Shown here: positions 12,759 through 25,897 of the stretch, piece by piece
Layout of the letters: the number at the start of each line of letters is the position of its first letter
How positions within the stretch are numbered: the first letter of the stretch is position 1
From: Thelocarpon superellum
Taxonomy: Eukaryota
Length of the DNA stretch: 64,000 nucleotides
Direction: 5' to 3'
Assembly: GCA_026025795.1 (NCBI GenBank)
Contig: JAPEUG010000050.1
Location: forward strand, 1 to 64,000
The notes under the pieces: model-generated
Seen by the model: only the letters and a program-made list of their open reading frames with translations
Told to the model about the DNA's origin: nothing
The model's database searches: none
Position numbers and translations under genes: made by a program

Positions 12759-14599
12759 TATTCACATCGTGTCCAAGCATGTGGGCCTGTCCGCGTACGA
12801 GAGCTCTCAGTACATCTGTAGAGAGAGAAGCTTGGGAGAGATTCCGGAGGGGAGGATTGGATCCTGCAAAACCCTGAAACGCTCAGATCAGTGATTTATT
12901 TACAAGGTCGGCTTCGAAGGGTCAAACTGCACGTCACCCAAAAAATGAGTTCAATGGATCAGTTGGTGTTCGCCGACCGCCGTCTTGCACTCGTCCAAGC
13001 ACCGGATCTCTAGCGCAGGGTGTCGTGGCCCCCGGACATCGTCCTCGAGAACTTCGTCCTTGGTGGGCGATCGTCTCCAAGACGCTCATCAAGCCACCGA
13101 CGCCACTGATGCACTTCTTGGTGGGTAGAAACGCGGATTGGGCAGCTTTCATGATTTGTGTCCATCAGTAGCGAATGCGCCACGCGTGGACTTGCCTCCC
13201 CAATATGGGCGGATATTCCGTGGAGCAAGTCTTCGCGTGTTTGAGTTTCTGGCCCCGCCGATCGAGCAAGTCTGCACGCGGTCGGCGAGTTGTCGCCCAC
13301 TCGACTCACGCCAACCTACGAGCATTCGTACGCCCCACCCACAATTCTCCTCCTTTGCTTGAGATGGCCAGACCCAGCCATCCTAGCGGCTCGGAAACAG
13401 GCATGGCCTGTCCGTGACGTTCGTTGTGCCACGCCCTTCCATCACGACACTTGCGACGGGAATTTGAACTGTCCGAGATCCCATTGCCCGTGGCATTACG
13501 GCAGGCTCGAAATGCTGCCAGAGTGTATTGCGTAGCCGGGGTCAAGACAGATCATAGGATCTGAGTGAGAACGCTCTCCAGGCGAAATATGCACAACGTG
13601 CTTGTATACGTTTGCGCTGGCTTCGTCGGGCGGATGACTTGACTCCGCAAGAGCCTAATCCAGACCGGTCTTCGCACCTTGACAGTGAGCAGCCAGCGAA
13701 CGCCAAAGACGCCATTATTGGGCAAAAGGAACCTGCTCTTCCCTGAGTCGAAAGTACATTGTCTGTTTGGTGTGCGTTCAAGAAGATGACGCCTGAGCGT
13801 TCGCAGCCGGGTTCTTCCTTCCCAATGGACACTTGACAAAGCCCGTGACACATTCTGGCAGGAGACGACGTGGGAGCCCGGCGACCAAGCTGCCACGCTG
13901 CCACCCGCACCCGTAGCGGCGATGCTCTCTCGTCATCGCGAATGCATCGATCGAGCTCGGCTTCCCTTGTATCTGTCCTTGTACGAGAATCTGGCACACG
14001 ATGACGCACGCGGCATTCCGCCATCCCGTTTGGATCTCACCACGGGTCTAGCGATGCTGATGCACCACCTGAACCAACATGGCCAGGCGATCGCTACCAA
14101 CGCGGGACGGTCTCTGTCAACGTGTGCGGAGCAGAGGCCTGGGCCTTCGGACAGACTCGCTTCCACCTGCCCAATTACCGGGGGGCGCGCCTTATACCAG
14201 TGCCCGAGTAGGAGTACTTGCACCCTGCTCCGCTCGTTACCAGACTCCGCGGGCACGCCAGCCGCGCTCCGACTCATGCTCGTAGTGGTACATGGGCGTG
14301 GTCCGGCGTTGCAGAGCCGGATCCACTTCAAGGACCATTCTAGATCTCGGCTGCGGAGGAGCCGACGAGCCACGCCAGGCCGTCTTCACCTGAGCCCGAT
14401 GAGACTGCAGGGTATGAGGACCGACGGCGTCGTACTCGTATTGGTCCTGCCAGCCTACCACCCATCATCTTCACGAGTGCGGATCAAGTTCAGCACCGCC
14501 CCCTCCTCCGCCATCAAGCCCCTTCCATCAGGGCGACGCCTCTCCAGTGGCTAGCTCGACGCTGCTGACGCCGCTGGATTTGCCCGGGTCTCCGCCAAA

Positions 14600-14677
14600 A
14601 TGAGCGTCAAACATGCTGCGTCGCGAGCTCTCCCACGCTTGGTCCCCACCACGCTGACGACCTATCGCACCCTATAG
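14600..14677 (+). other. Candidate upstream ORF (25 aa) before the histidine kinase
   Basis: GCCAAAATG start context; MSVKHAASRALPRLVPTTLTTYRTL*; ends 212 nt before the kinase ATG. Confidence 0.35.
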
Positions 14678-14889
14678 TCTGTGCTGCTCTGATAGCATTT
14701 GCACTCTCCGCGGTCGCCATCGCTATTGCCATCCACGGTGCCGTAGCCATTGCCATCGCGTCGAAACATCCGCTTCGTCATCACCACCGTCAGCCTTTTG
14801 GCATTTCGCACGTTTGTTTGCACGTCCGCTCGCGATCTTCCTGGTCATACCGTCGTAGTCCACCCCCGCTCATCACCATCCCGTCAGCC

Positions 14890-17567
14890 ATGGACCGCGC
14901 TGGGGCCGACGACAGCGGCGGTAACGCCAATGAGGCCAGTGACCCCGACGAGAACACTCCGCCCATGACCGGTCGCATCTCCCTCTGCCTCCCCAATTTC
15001 AAATCGGGCATGGTGATGCACCACGGCGACGACCAATTTCAGGAAGACCTCCGTCGGCACTTCGTCGTGGCCGAGAACAATGCCAGCGAAGAGATTGTCA
15101 AGCTCAAGACGCGCCTGCGGACCTCGTCGACGGTGGAGTTTTGGGCCATCTTGATGGAAGGCATGACTGAGATCGCCGGCGCCCAATATGCCTTCGTCGC
15201 GAAGCGCATCCTGGTCGACGATGCCGAGTCGGCCGTGGAGATGCCGCCCATCGGCGAGCCGGGCTCGTGTTTGATGGGCCTGGCCTTTTACTTCAACGAC
15301 GGTAACGGCCTGACGGGCATGTTCCGGGACTACAAGTACCTCGCATATGGAGCTCCCTGCGCCCACATGCGCCACGACAAGGTCTTTCTGATCCCGGAAA
15401 ACCTCAACGACTTCGTGCCGGAGAATGTCAACAACTTTCCCTTTCCCACCGATGCCTACCTCGGCATTCCCCTGTTCTCCGAGGGCAAGTGCTTCGCCCA
15501 CTTTGGCCTGATGTGGACGACGCAGGCCGTCAAGGACTGCCGCCTGTCGTGGGGCTTCCTCGAGCTCTTCTTGCATTCCCTGGAGGACCTGGTGCTGCAG
15601 CGCATTTTGGAGGGGGGGAGCTTTGCCCCGGACGAGGAAAGGCAGGAGGGCGTCGGCAAGGTCATCCCCAAGGAGGCCGTCACCGCCGCGCAGTCCCTCC
15701 GTCCATACGCCCGCAATCTCTCGCATGAGCTGCGCACGCCGATGCAAGGTGTGGTGGGCATGCTCGACATCATGTACGCCACCGTGCAAGAAGCGGTGGA
15801 AGCTGAGGGGAACCACGAGCGCCGAGAGGTGTTTCAGACGCTCCGCGAAAACATTGAAGTGGTACAAGGTACGTGGTGACTCGTTGACTCGCCGAGTTGG
15901 ATGTTCTGCCTCGGCCTGACACGTCTAAAGATAGCTCGAGGCGTGCGGTCGAAGCGGCCGACAATGTGGTACAGGCCTACGATCTCAACATGGAGGTGCC
16001 GAGTACCCCGACGGCGTCCATGGACGATGCTGAGCCAGTGGATCGCCTGCCACTGGGCCCGCCGGTCGGGCACACGCGTCGGCGGGCCTCCAGCACAAGT
16101 CGGACCTCTCCCGCCCGATTCAATCCGAACAAGCGGCGGCGAAGCGGGTCGGAAGACTGGACTTTCACCCCCGAGGCGAAGCACCGCATGCTCGAGCGGT
16201 CCGCGGACGGGCCGCGAGACAGCCGACTCGTGCGAAGCGTCTCACCCATGACCCAAGTCGTGGAGGTCGAGGACGAGGCCGATGTCAGGCTACCGGTCAC
16301 CCCATCAGATGCCGAATACCGATCGTCCATCCCGGACTTTGAGATCGCTGTCACGCCGGGACTACGACGTACCAACATCCGCGAGCTGCTTCGGTACATC
16401 ATCAACGAGTCGCTGCGCGTCGGCGGACGCCCGGACTCGGCGATCCCGGTGGAGAGCGAGGTGGGCGAGAGCATGGAGATTCGATCGCGAAACTCCAAGG
16501 GCGAAGCCAAGTCCATCTTGATCGAGTGGTCGGTGGACGAAGCAGTGCCGGAGACGGTGGTGGTGGACGAACGGGACCTGGTGAAGCTGATCTCGTGTGT
16601 CTTTCTAAACGCAGTCAAGTTCACCGAGGTGGGCAAGATCAGCTTGACGGCGCATCCGAGCCCACGCTCACGCTTCATGGTGATCAGCATCACGGATACG
16701 GGGCCGGGGATCCCGCAAGACTTCCTGCCGTCCATGTTCAAACCATTTTCGCGCGAGGATGAGTCGCTCACGCGGCAGAAGGACGGACTGGGCCTGGGAT
16801 TGCTGGTGGCCAAGGGGCTCGTGCGGAAGATCGGTGGCGATTTGACGTGTGTCCGGTCCGAGACATCGGGGCCGAACCACGGGTCGGAATTTGAGATTCG
16901 CGTCCCCGTGACGCCGATGGACGCCAAGAGCAGTCCGGGGACGCCCACCAGTCAGATTGCACAAGCTCCGTCAATCCCTCCCATCAGCCTCGATCTCGAC
17001 GTCGACGAGCAATCGCGCGCGACGGCAGCGATGACCAGGACGCCATCCATCTCGCGAGACCGGCGGACGGCCCCCCTCTTCTCGAACCCGTTGCGACGAA
17101 GCTCGGTGCAGAAGAATGATTTTGATCGACAGCTCGCATCCAAATACCCCGCCACGTTTCTGGTGGCCGAAGACAACCAAATCAACCGCAAGCTATTGGT
17201 GACGATGTTGACGAAGCTGGGCTACCGCGATATCCACGAGGCCTACGACGGAGCCGACGCCGTGCGGCAAATGGACGCCACCGTACCGCGCGACCCACCC
17301 ATCGACATTGTGCTGATGGATCTCTGGATGCCGACGATGGACGGATACAAAGCGACGGAGAAGATCCTCGCGTCGGCTTCCGCCGCCGGCGCCGACGTGA
17401 CCGTGCTGGCAGTCACGGCGGACGTTACGAGCGAGGCGCTCGTCCGCGCGGTCAAGGTCGGCATGCGCGGACTGCTGACGAAGCCGTATAAGATTCTGGA
17501 TCTGCAGCGCTTGATTGTTGAACATTGCAGTCGCGGCGCCCGAGAGAGGGCGAGGGGGAAAGCTTAG
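14890..17567 (+). CDS. Hybrid sensor histidine kinase/response regulator (GAF-like N-terminus, HisKA, HATPase_c, REC)
   Basis: H-box LSHELRTPMQG, N-box LNAVKFT, G1 DTGPGI, F-box MFKPF, G2 GLGLGL, receiver AEDNQINR...MDLWMPTMDG...KP. Intron 15869-15930. Confidence 0.93.
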
Positions 17568-17912
17568 GGGTGGGGGAGGGTAGAAGAAGGGATAGCGAAG
17601 AGGAGATGAGGAACAGCTCACGAGGAAGCATTGATTGTTTCGCTGATTCGTTGACTGATTGATTGTTTGATTGGTTGTCTTGTTCATTCATTGATGGGTG
17701 AAGGGGGAACAGGAGGTTAGGAGAACGGGGAATGCGTTGGTTGGCTGAATTGCTTTGTTGGTCGAGCGAGCATATCCATGTAAACGCGCATGTTGCGTTC
17801 ATTTCCATCAATCATTTCCCCATCCACCCATCCATCCATCAATTTGTGTGCAAAAGGAGAGGCCGCACGCTTCGTCAGTACAACCTTCTTCAGCAAATAC
17901 ATGATGCTCAAT

Positions 17913-19943
17913 TTACGTGTTCATGTCAGATGTGGGGTAGGCAAACGAGACCCTCGGAATCTCCACTCGTGCAGCATCCCATGGGAAGCTGCGCAGAGTC
18001 TCGTAGTCCGCTTCATCTGTCACGTCGTCCCTGCAAGGCTCACCAATATCTACAGTACCATCCTCGTGAAGAATGACCCTGTTTATCGAAAGCCTTGTTC
18101 CAGCCGCGTCGGGCCCACCCGATTCCCTTTCGACCCCTATTTCGACCCCCGGTTCAAGGTTTAGCCGCTGCCTGACCGACGCCACATTGTGCTCTCCAAA
18201 CGCCTCTTTCAAGCGGATCTCGATCAGGCCCGCAAATGCCCACCGCTCAAGTAGGCCCACCGTGTCTTCGGCTCGCGGCAGCAGCCAATTCACAGTGGCC
18301 AGCTCGTGGCATGCCTCGCGGATCTTGGACGCCGGCGCACATGCAGCAGCCTTGAAACGGCGGTACTCGTCCTCGCTTCCCTCCTGGATGACCTGAGACA
18401 TTGAAACGTCGCCATATTGCAAGTCAAGCAGTGTTGCTGCGGACCCAAAGATCTGCTTAATTTCTGCCCACCGCGTGCCGGCTCTTGCGTATTCCACTCT
18501 GCGTTGGCGTGCCTCACCCGGCGCGAAGTCACCTCCCAAGATTCCCGCAACCTCCTGTGCCAGCTGCTTCTGGGCCAGCTCGACGCTGCAGGCTTGCTCT
18601 GCACTCCGCCGGCACTTGAGGTCATGTAGTTCGATGAGTGACTCGCGCCGCCGAAGTAATCGGAAGACGCGGCGCGATGCCTCAAGGCCTCGAACGTGAA
18701 GGTGGGAATCATGATTGATCGAGCTTGTGTCATCGGCGGGCGGCTGTGAAATCTTGATCCATGGAATATATGCCAGATTCATGAAGACTGACACCCTCTT
18801 CATCTGCGCCTCTAAACGCTGTAGCAGCGACAACGCGACCGGAGAAGTCCAGTCCCGCTCGGCCTCCATCCAGGACCTGGGGCGTTTGAAGGGAGGAAGG
18901 GGAAGGTTACGAGATCGGGAATGTACAGGGCGTGAAGATAGTTTTTGATCTGCCAATGTTTTCCCTCGCTGCAGGGTATGCAGCGATTCAACAGAACAGG
19001 ATCGCAGGAGCGCGGGAATCCTTCCGCTCGGTTGAGGATGTCGCTGAGGCTGACGCGTCGACGCGGATCTGGGGATAGCATGAAAAACGACATCGCAAGT
19101 CAGGCACGCTGTTGACTTTCAATCGGACCGCACACAGAGGCCAGATGAGTGAACCATTGTAGCGTCTCGAGCTCGCTCACGCTGAAAGCCTTAAGACCAA
19201 GTGACGAAGTGCGAAAATCCGTAAAGTCTGTGAGAGCCACGTCGAGTGAGACGGTAAGCATCTCTAGGAAGACGCATCCCAGGCTGAAAACGTCCGTCCC
19301 AGTCCCTCGCCGTTGACCGTCATCAAGTTGCTCGGGCGCGGCGTACATGGGAGTCTTTGCACCTTGGGTGCCAATGGACACCGGGTCGAGTTGGTTGACG
19401 AACTCCGCCGCGATGCCAAAGTCGGCGATGAGCACGCTTTCACCGAAGATCAGAATGTTGGCGGGCTTGATGTCCTTGTGACGCACTCGTTGGGTGTGAA
19501 TGTAATAGAGGGCGCCGACCAGGCACTCGCACCATTGTGAGATCTTGCGGTGTGCCTCGCCCGTGCCGTGCTCATGGGTGACTGAGGATCGTACCCCAGA
19601 AGCCATTCGTGGAGGTTCATGTCCGCGACGGGAAGGATGAGCATCATGAATTCCGTGGGCGTGGTGTATGTCGTTTGGATTCTCGTGATGTGCTGGTGTC
19701 GAAGCCTCCTGAGGATTCGGACTTCCGCCTCGATCCTCTCGTTGCTCGTTGACGTGGTAGCACGAGCCTGGTGGACAATCTTCCTGGCGAAATGGGTGCC
19801 GGTATGTGGACCTCTTGTCTATCGGACCTCGTGGATGACTCGTAGGAGCCTGCGCCCAGGTCACTAACGAACTCGTAGGGAGCTTCGTTCCGGTTGGAAT
19901 CCCGCGTGTGGGACTCTTCGGCGATGCTGTGCCATGTATCCAT
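17913..19943 (-). pseudogene. Disrupted Ser/Thr protein kinase with long C-terminal extension
   Basis: Subdomains LGAGSY(G)VIHEV, FARK, EAEVRILRRLRHQHI, HKDIKPANIL, DFG, YAAPE, DVFSLG, MLSPDPRRR are spread over frames. Frameshifts near 19840, about 19570 and about 18900-18960; in-frame TAG 19819-19821 and TGA 19100-19102. Confidence 0.85.
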
Positions 19944-20401
19944 CACGCTGGTTTTGTAGAACGTAACCCCACGGATGCGTGAAGATCCATGGGCGAGTTG
20001 TGTCCAGCCACGCAGGGCAGGCTCTAGTCAAGGTGACCAGCATAGCCTGGCCCGGCAGGGCAATGCCACCAGAGGATGATGGCAGCCTTGTCAGGCAGAC
20101 CAGCAGATCAATAGGCGCTTGGGCAGCACTGCAGCCGTACCTGAGCGTCACGTGCTTGCAGGCCTGCGAGGTCTCCAGCTCGACTGAGTAACGGAAGCAA
20201 GAGAGCACGGTCGTGGATGGCAGCTGGAGAGGCTACTCGCATCATCGCTTTCCAACCACGTCAAATTTGCTCGTGGACCATTTTCTACTCCGCAACAATC
20301 ATGGATATCAGATCTTCAACGGACCTAACCTCATATGTACGTGGATTACCTATTTGGCCCCATACACCAGATTACCCAACATAACCAGTCGAGATCTCCG
20401 G

Positions 20402-22709
20402 TCAGCCCGTGCCTGAACGACTCGGTCTCCTCGAGGACGAAAGCACAGAATGCGTGGTAAGCGGCGGATACGTGATGGGCGGAATGACGGGCGAGGCGAC
20501 ATAGTGCACGTCGACGAGGACGTCACGCTGCACGTGCACGTTGATTCGCTCACGTGAGCTCTCGGAACTGAGGCTGAGTCCCGGTTCCGGATCGGTCTCT
20601 GTCTCTGCCCCTGCCTCTGCCTCTGCTCTCGCTTCCGTCTCCGGGCCTGGCTCTTCTGCCACGGTCTCGTCCACAGGACCTTGTCCTCCGGCGCCGAATC
20701 CGTCGTGGTCGGTGTTGGGGCTTCCTCCGACCGCTCTTCCTATCCCCAATCGCTCTCGTGCTTCGGAAGATGTTTGCGGGTGCTCGAAGGCTTCCAGTTG
20801 GGCCTCGATATCTCGCTCTTGCGCCGCTTGCTGCTCTTCTCTCATCCTCGAGCTGAGCCGATCCACGCTCTTCCGTCGTCCTCCTGCGGCCGGCGCCCCT
20901 TTTCGACCGAACGGCAAGACATTCCATATTGATCGCCTTCCTCCTCGTGCTGCAGCGACTCCTCCTTGATTCCCCCCACTGCTTCGTCGGCGGGGGGATA
21001 TGTACCCAAGGCGGGATGAGGAGCGTTCGACGGGATACGGATGCGCGGCCGCGTTGATTTCGATGATGTTGGTTCCAGACGGGTGATTGATGGGATTGAT
21101 CGGTTGGATTTCCGACTCGATCGTCGGGTCGACGTTGCCGGGACTGACATTTTGAAAGGGAGAGATGGCGCCCAGGCTGCGAGGGCCTGTACTCCGATAT
21201 GGAGAAGCTGGATTGCGGTTGAGAGGACTGCGGTTGAGAGGACTGGCGGGTTCGATGTGAGAGGGCAGAGGCGCAGTGACGCTAGCCGCCGCCTCGGCTG
21301 GTTCTTTGGGACGGCCCGGCATTGCTCCCATCTCCATGGTGCTCTCGTTCGGAACCAGGGTCGATGCATTCGTCGTGACGGTTCCTTCCGTGATGCTCGT
21401 CCATTGTCCTTTGCTGTTGAAGACCTGATGCGCACTTGAGTCACGCGTTGCTCAAGATGTGGGGTGGCGGATGGGATACCTTGAGTACAGCCCCTTTCTT
21501 GGCCGAAAGCGCCCCCGATCGCGAAGCAGACCCGGCCCGGGCGCTAGCAATCGTTGAGAGCATACCACGGAACAATGGTCGCATCGTTGGTAGGCAGGCG
21601 CAGATGATGCTGAGTGGGATCTCTACCACGGTCCAAATCGCAGAATTGACATAGGTGTCTGTTCGAATGGGTTAGATATCTGCCACCACGGACTTCAATC
21701 CGTGCGAGATCGTCGAGCTGCACGTACATGTCCGATCGCTGTAGTCGATCTGATAAAATGCCACAATGCGGAAAACCGTGGCGACAAAGACCCTGAGCAG
21801 CCAGGGTCAGCCCAAGTCCGGGTCATCGGTCGAGACGGGTCACTCACAAGCTGCCCAAGACAAAAATGCTACAGAGCACAATCTTCTGACGGCGTGAGAT
21901 GTGGAGCTTGACGATGATGGGCATGGGAAGCACCAGAATCACCAGGTCCGTCACGACGTTGATGCTGGCGTTGGCCACGTACGACCCATTTTCGTCCACA
22001 CAATTCGGCGCGTTCTCGAGGATGTTGTCCCAAAAGGCGCTGACGGGTGTGCACCAGAAGATGCCCACCAGCACCGTCGCGATCTGCCACATGAACATGA
22101 TGGCGATGAGGCATTTCACCAGCAATTGGAATCGAGGGAGCGCGAACACGCGCTCGTAGAGCAGGAGGACGGAGATTTTGATCGTCGGATAAGTCGCTTG
22201 GTAGAGGATTTGGAAGACGTAGAGCAGCTGTGTTTGGATCAGCCCAGATCAGGGTGTCTCCTCGACCTCGATCCACACACCTTGATCGTCTGTTTGGCCA
22301 GATCCAACGGCAGCGTGATCTCATGCTTGCCCACTCCATTGTGCCACACTGTCACTCGCGATCCGTCAACGATGCTATGGGAGGATGGGAGGATGGGAGG
22401 ATGGGAGGTGAGGACGGACCCAAGACGAAGATGATGGCCCAGAGCCCATACATCAGGATCTGCAACGGCGGTCAGCACGAGCACCACGTCAGGTCAGGCT
22501 CATGTCCTTGCACGCACCAGCGACAGGATGATGGTCCAATCATCTGCCTTCAGCGGTGCGTGAACCAACCGCCGCGAATGGATGCGCAGGCCGACGGCAG
22601 CAGTGGCCAGGACGGCGCCGACAATGGCCAGGACCTTGAGGACCATCGATCGATCATCGTGAATGTGGGCGAATTGATATTCAAAGGATTCGGGATTGAT
22701 CAGGTCCAT
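20402..22709 (-). CDS. Pth11-like (fungal rhodopsin-domain) integral membrane protein with long disordered C-terminal tail
   Basis: AVGLRIHSRRLV...ADDWTII, GVGKH, CTPVSAFWD, INVVTDLVILVLPMP, WTVVEIPLSIICACLPTMRPL. Multi-exon; last exon 21424-20402; no CFEM domain seen. Confidence 0.88.
22377..22408 (+). repeat. 8-bp tandem repeat (ATGGGAGG)x4 within intron 22349-22419 of the Pth11-like gene
   Basis: Read directly from sequence. Confidence 0.9.
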
Positions 22710-23276
22710 GTCTCCACCGGCGGCTACGGCTCAATGCGAGGGGAGCCCCGGCACTCGGAAGCGATGGTGGAGGTGATCGCAAAGGACCAGGAGCATTGTC
22801 ACTTGTGCAGCTTCATCGAAATGACGACAGCGACGTGCGTAACTATGCTCCAACGCCCGGGCGCAAAGATGAGGACATCATGCCTTTAGGACCGTGCACG
22901 AGAAAGACAGGTTGGCCTTCACCAGCGTGCATAGCTACCAGCAAATGATACTTGTACCGGACGAGTCGCAGCTTGGCTGGCTCGGCCTCCGACTCCGGCT
23001 CCGCACTGGGCGAAGGTACCTGGGGGGCCGACCCTTGCACCAACGCCGGTAGGCAGAAAGCACCCTGGTAGCGTGGTGGGCGGAGAGGCTGGCCCTTGTC
23101 GCCGTCGGCCTTGAGATGGCCGCCATGATTGATGCATGGTTGGGAGGCCGGATGCTATGCATGGATGGCACGCTGACGATGTACCAGGCCAGATAGGTCC
23201 GAGTGAGGGAGAGGAGGGGAGGAACGTGCACGCACCGCGTGCAGGGTGGCCATGCCGGCCGAGGCGGCAGGGAGCT

Positions 23277-23310
23277 GGGGCCACGGGGCCACGGGGCCCA
23301 CGGGGGCCAC
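23277..23310 (+). repeat. GGGGCCAC-type tandem repeat x4
   Basis: GGGGCCAC GGGGCCAC GGGGCCCAC GGGGGCCAC. Confidence 0.85.
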
Positions 23311-23457
23311 GCATGGGCAATGGCTTTCCCGACCCATGTCCGACGCGTGTGGCTCATCCCAGCTTTGGGCCCCGACAATGATGCAGTCGTAGCGCCGAAA
23401 CCAAAGGGGAACCGTCGGCCACGCTGTGAATACGGACGGCCGTCGGACCCAGTCTAC

Positions 23458-23516
23458 GGCACAAGGATGGCACAAGGATGGCACAAGGATGGCACAAGGA
23501 TGGCACAAGGATGGCA
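23458..23516 (+). repeat. 11-bp minisatellite (GGCACAAGGAT)x5
   Basis: Five perfect copies plus a partial GGCA, about 750 bp upstream of the Pth11-like ATG. Confidence 0.95.
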
Positions 23517-25897
23517 TCTGTTCCGCCCATGTCATGTAAAGATGAAGACCTCGTCGCCTCGCCATCGGGGCCATCGTGGCAGTTTGATGGCCGCGAGGCA
23601 ACACCGCCATCAGCCAATGGGGCGGGCGACGCCGACGGCCAGCCTCGGACGCGATGTCGCGCCTTAGGAGGAAGTCTATCGTCGCGGCGAAGCTCCGAAC
23701 GACGAGGCTCTCGATAAGTTGCCGCGGGTGCATCTCCCTCCCGCGCCGCGAGTGCGGCGATCTCCCCCCCCTCCGGTGGTGCAGAACTAAGATCGATGGT
23801 CCCGAAGTAGTCGACGCCCCCCCGGTAAATGGTACGAATGGCGTGCGGAGGACCCGGGCGACGCCAGCCGAGACCGCAGGCGCCGGTGATTAGTTTCGGT
23901 GCTGGCACCGTTTCCTGGCCTCCGCGGTGCTTACGGGGGGTTCGCCCAAGCGAACTGCAGGTGCGCACCGCCCCCAAGGCCGCCCAAGGTCCCTTGCCCT
24001 GACGGCTAGTTCTGCGTGCCCGGCTTGGCTCCACACGGCAGACGATGCCGGGCCCAAGACCAGTTCGTTCTCAGCCGGGCTATTGTGCATAAGCTCCTCG
24101 CTAGCGAGGAGCACAACGGCCAAGTGGGCCCGGGGAGGTTATGCGAGAACAGAATCTCGTTGTGCGCCGTGCGAGACCGAGTTATGCAAATTCCGGTGAC
24201 CCTCCTGAGTCCACGGCTTCTCGTGGGAGGGAGATAGGAAATTGTCGGAACGGAGAAGGCTCCGGCAAGCTCGTCCACTCGAGTGCCGCCTTTGTCCACG
24301 AGACATACTTTGCTCTTCTCAACGCAAGAGAGCGCAAGAACCAGCACGTTTCCAACATGACCGGAAAATCAGGTGTCACCCGTCTCATCCTCGTCCGGGC
24401 CGTTTTATCTATATCTCCGCCAGCTATAACTACGGAGCCCACACAACAACCTTCCAGCCTCATGCAGCGGTCAGGGGTCCCGCCCTCTCAACCGCTGCAT
24501 TGGTAGCTTGATACGATCCGCTCGACGCTAGCCACCGTCCAGGGTATCCCCGCCTCCGCGACCCCTCATTACTTAAGTAGGTCGCCGGTATGAATGGGTA
24601 CTTCAATGTTCATGACAGCTGAGTAAGATTTCGAAAGTAGGTGATTTGTGATGTAGTTACGTCGACCCGTAGCGGAGATTTTGTCACTCGGGCTGTCAGA
24701 TCTGGTAGATACATCGTAAGGATGCGTCTTAGGGTCCAAGGAACCAAGATCAGATGGCGGAAGATGTGTCTCAAAGTTGAAGGTCGTTACATCTGGTTCA
24801 ACATGATACTTCATGCAGTCAAGCTTAGAAGGCCTTTGAATAACATTTCATCAGATCCCACGGCTCCTGTCTCCCGGCTCCGGGCTCTGGGCTCTGGACT
24901 CCCAGACCGCACAATGGGCGTGATCATCTGTTGTCTCCTCAGGCTATGGAAGTGGGGGATGCTAGGAGCAGCAACGGCCGACGATGGACTTAGCTTTACC
25001 TTGAATAGGTATCCCCCAGAGGTACAGTATAGCAGCAGCTAAGTCCATCGTCGGTCGTCGCCACTCCTGGCCCTCGGATTCGCAGTATACATATAGTCGA
25101 CTTGATAATATTGCCTCCTCCGTCTCTCGGAGTACCCCAGCGATGTCAATGGAAGATTGACTACGCGCCGACGACCTCGAGCGAGGCGGAGTGAGCATCA
25201 ATAGCACCCGCGAGAGCACGGCAACGATGGCGCTGGAGAGGTTGGATTCCAGCAACAGCTTCGTCAGTCTAAGAACCCAGAATCTCATCCAGCAAAAAGA
25301 ATCAGTACCATCTACAATTGTTATCTGGCGTAAGAGGTCAAGCAGCAAAATCTCCGGCCAGGGCGAAAATCTTCCTCACCCATTCCCTATTGAGAACCTC
25401 CCCCCCCTTCCACGTTGCCGCAATACATTTACGTGAACGTCCTCGTTTGGGCTGAGAGTCCCGCTCGATGAGGGAGCGACCCTGGATTTGCTCCGCAATC
25501 GAACTGCTGGAAGGCGGCCGTTTTGTTCGCACATACCTGTTGCGATCGATCGAGCTGAGATTGGCGTGAGATGGGAGGAATGGACATACTGCTACGGCTT
25601 CTTAGTCGTTCCTTCACCACGCCCATCGCGACATGAGTTCCGATGTCCTTCGAGTAGCACCTTCGCATCGTCGAGCGAGCAGATCAACCAGATCCACATC
25701 CATAAGAAGGATGACGTGGGAGAGTCGCAATATGCACTAGAGACGGTACTCCGTAGTGGCATTCTTTAATGCGACTTCATCTTCATACACGAAGTAGAGA
25801 AACCAAAAAACAACCACCCTCGACGGTCGAGGCGGGGCGCAGCGGTGCATCGCAAAGACCGGCATCATGAAAGACACGACCATGCAAGAGACTCCAC

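Noticed and set aside
12900..14554. Several 100-210 aa ORFs upstream of the histidine kinase
   Set aside because: Arg/Ser/Pro-rich random-looking translations with no consistent splice model.
23458..23516. Direct repeats as a CRISPR-like array
   Set aside because: No spacers and eukaryotic context; simple minisatellite.
24569..25700. Minus-strand ORF fragments between the Pth11-like gene and the permease
   Set aside because: Could be a gene relic, but no recognisable domain or coherent reading frame.
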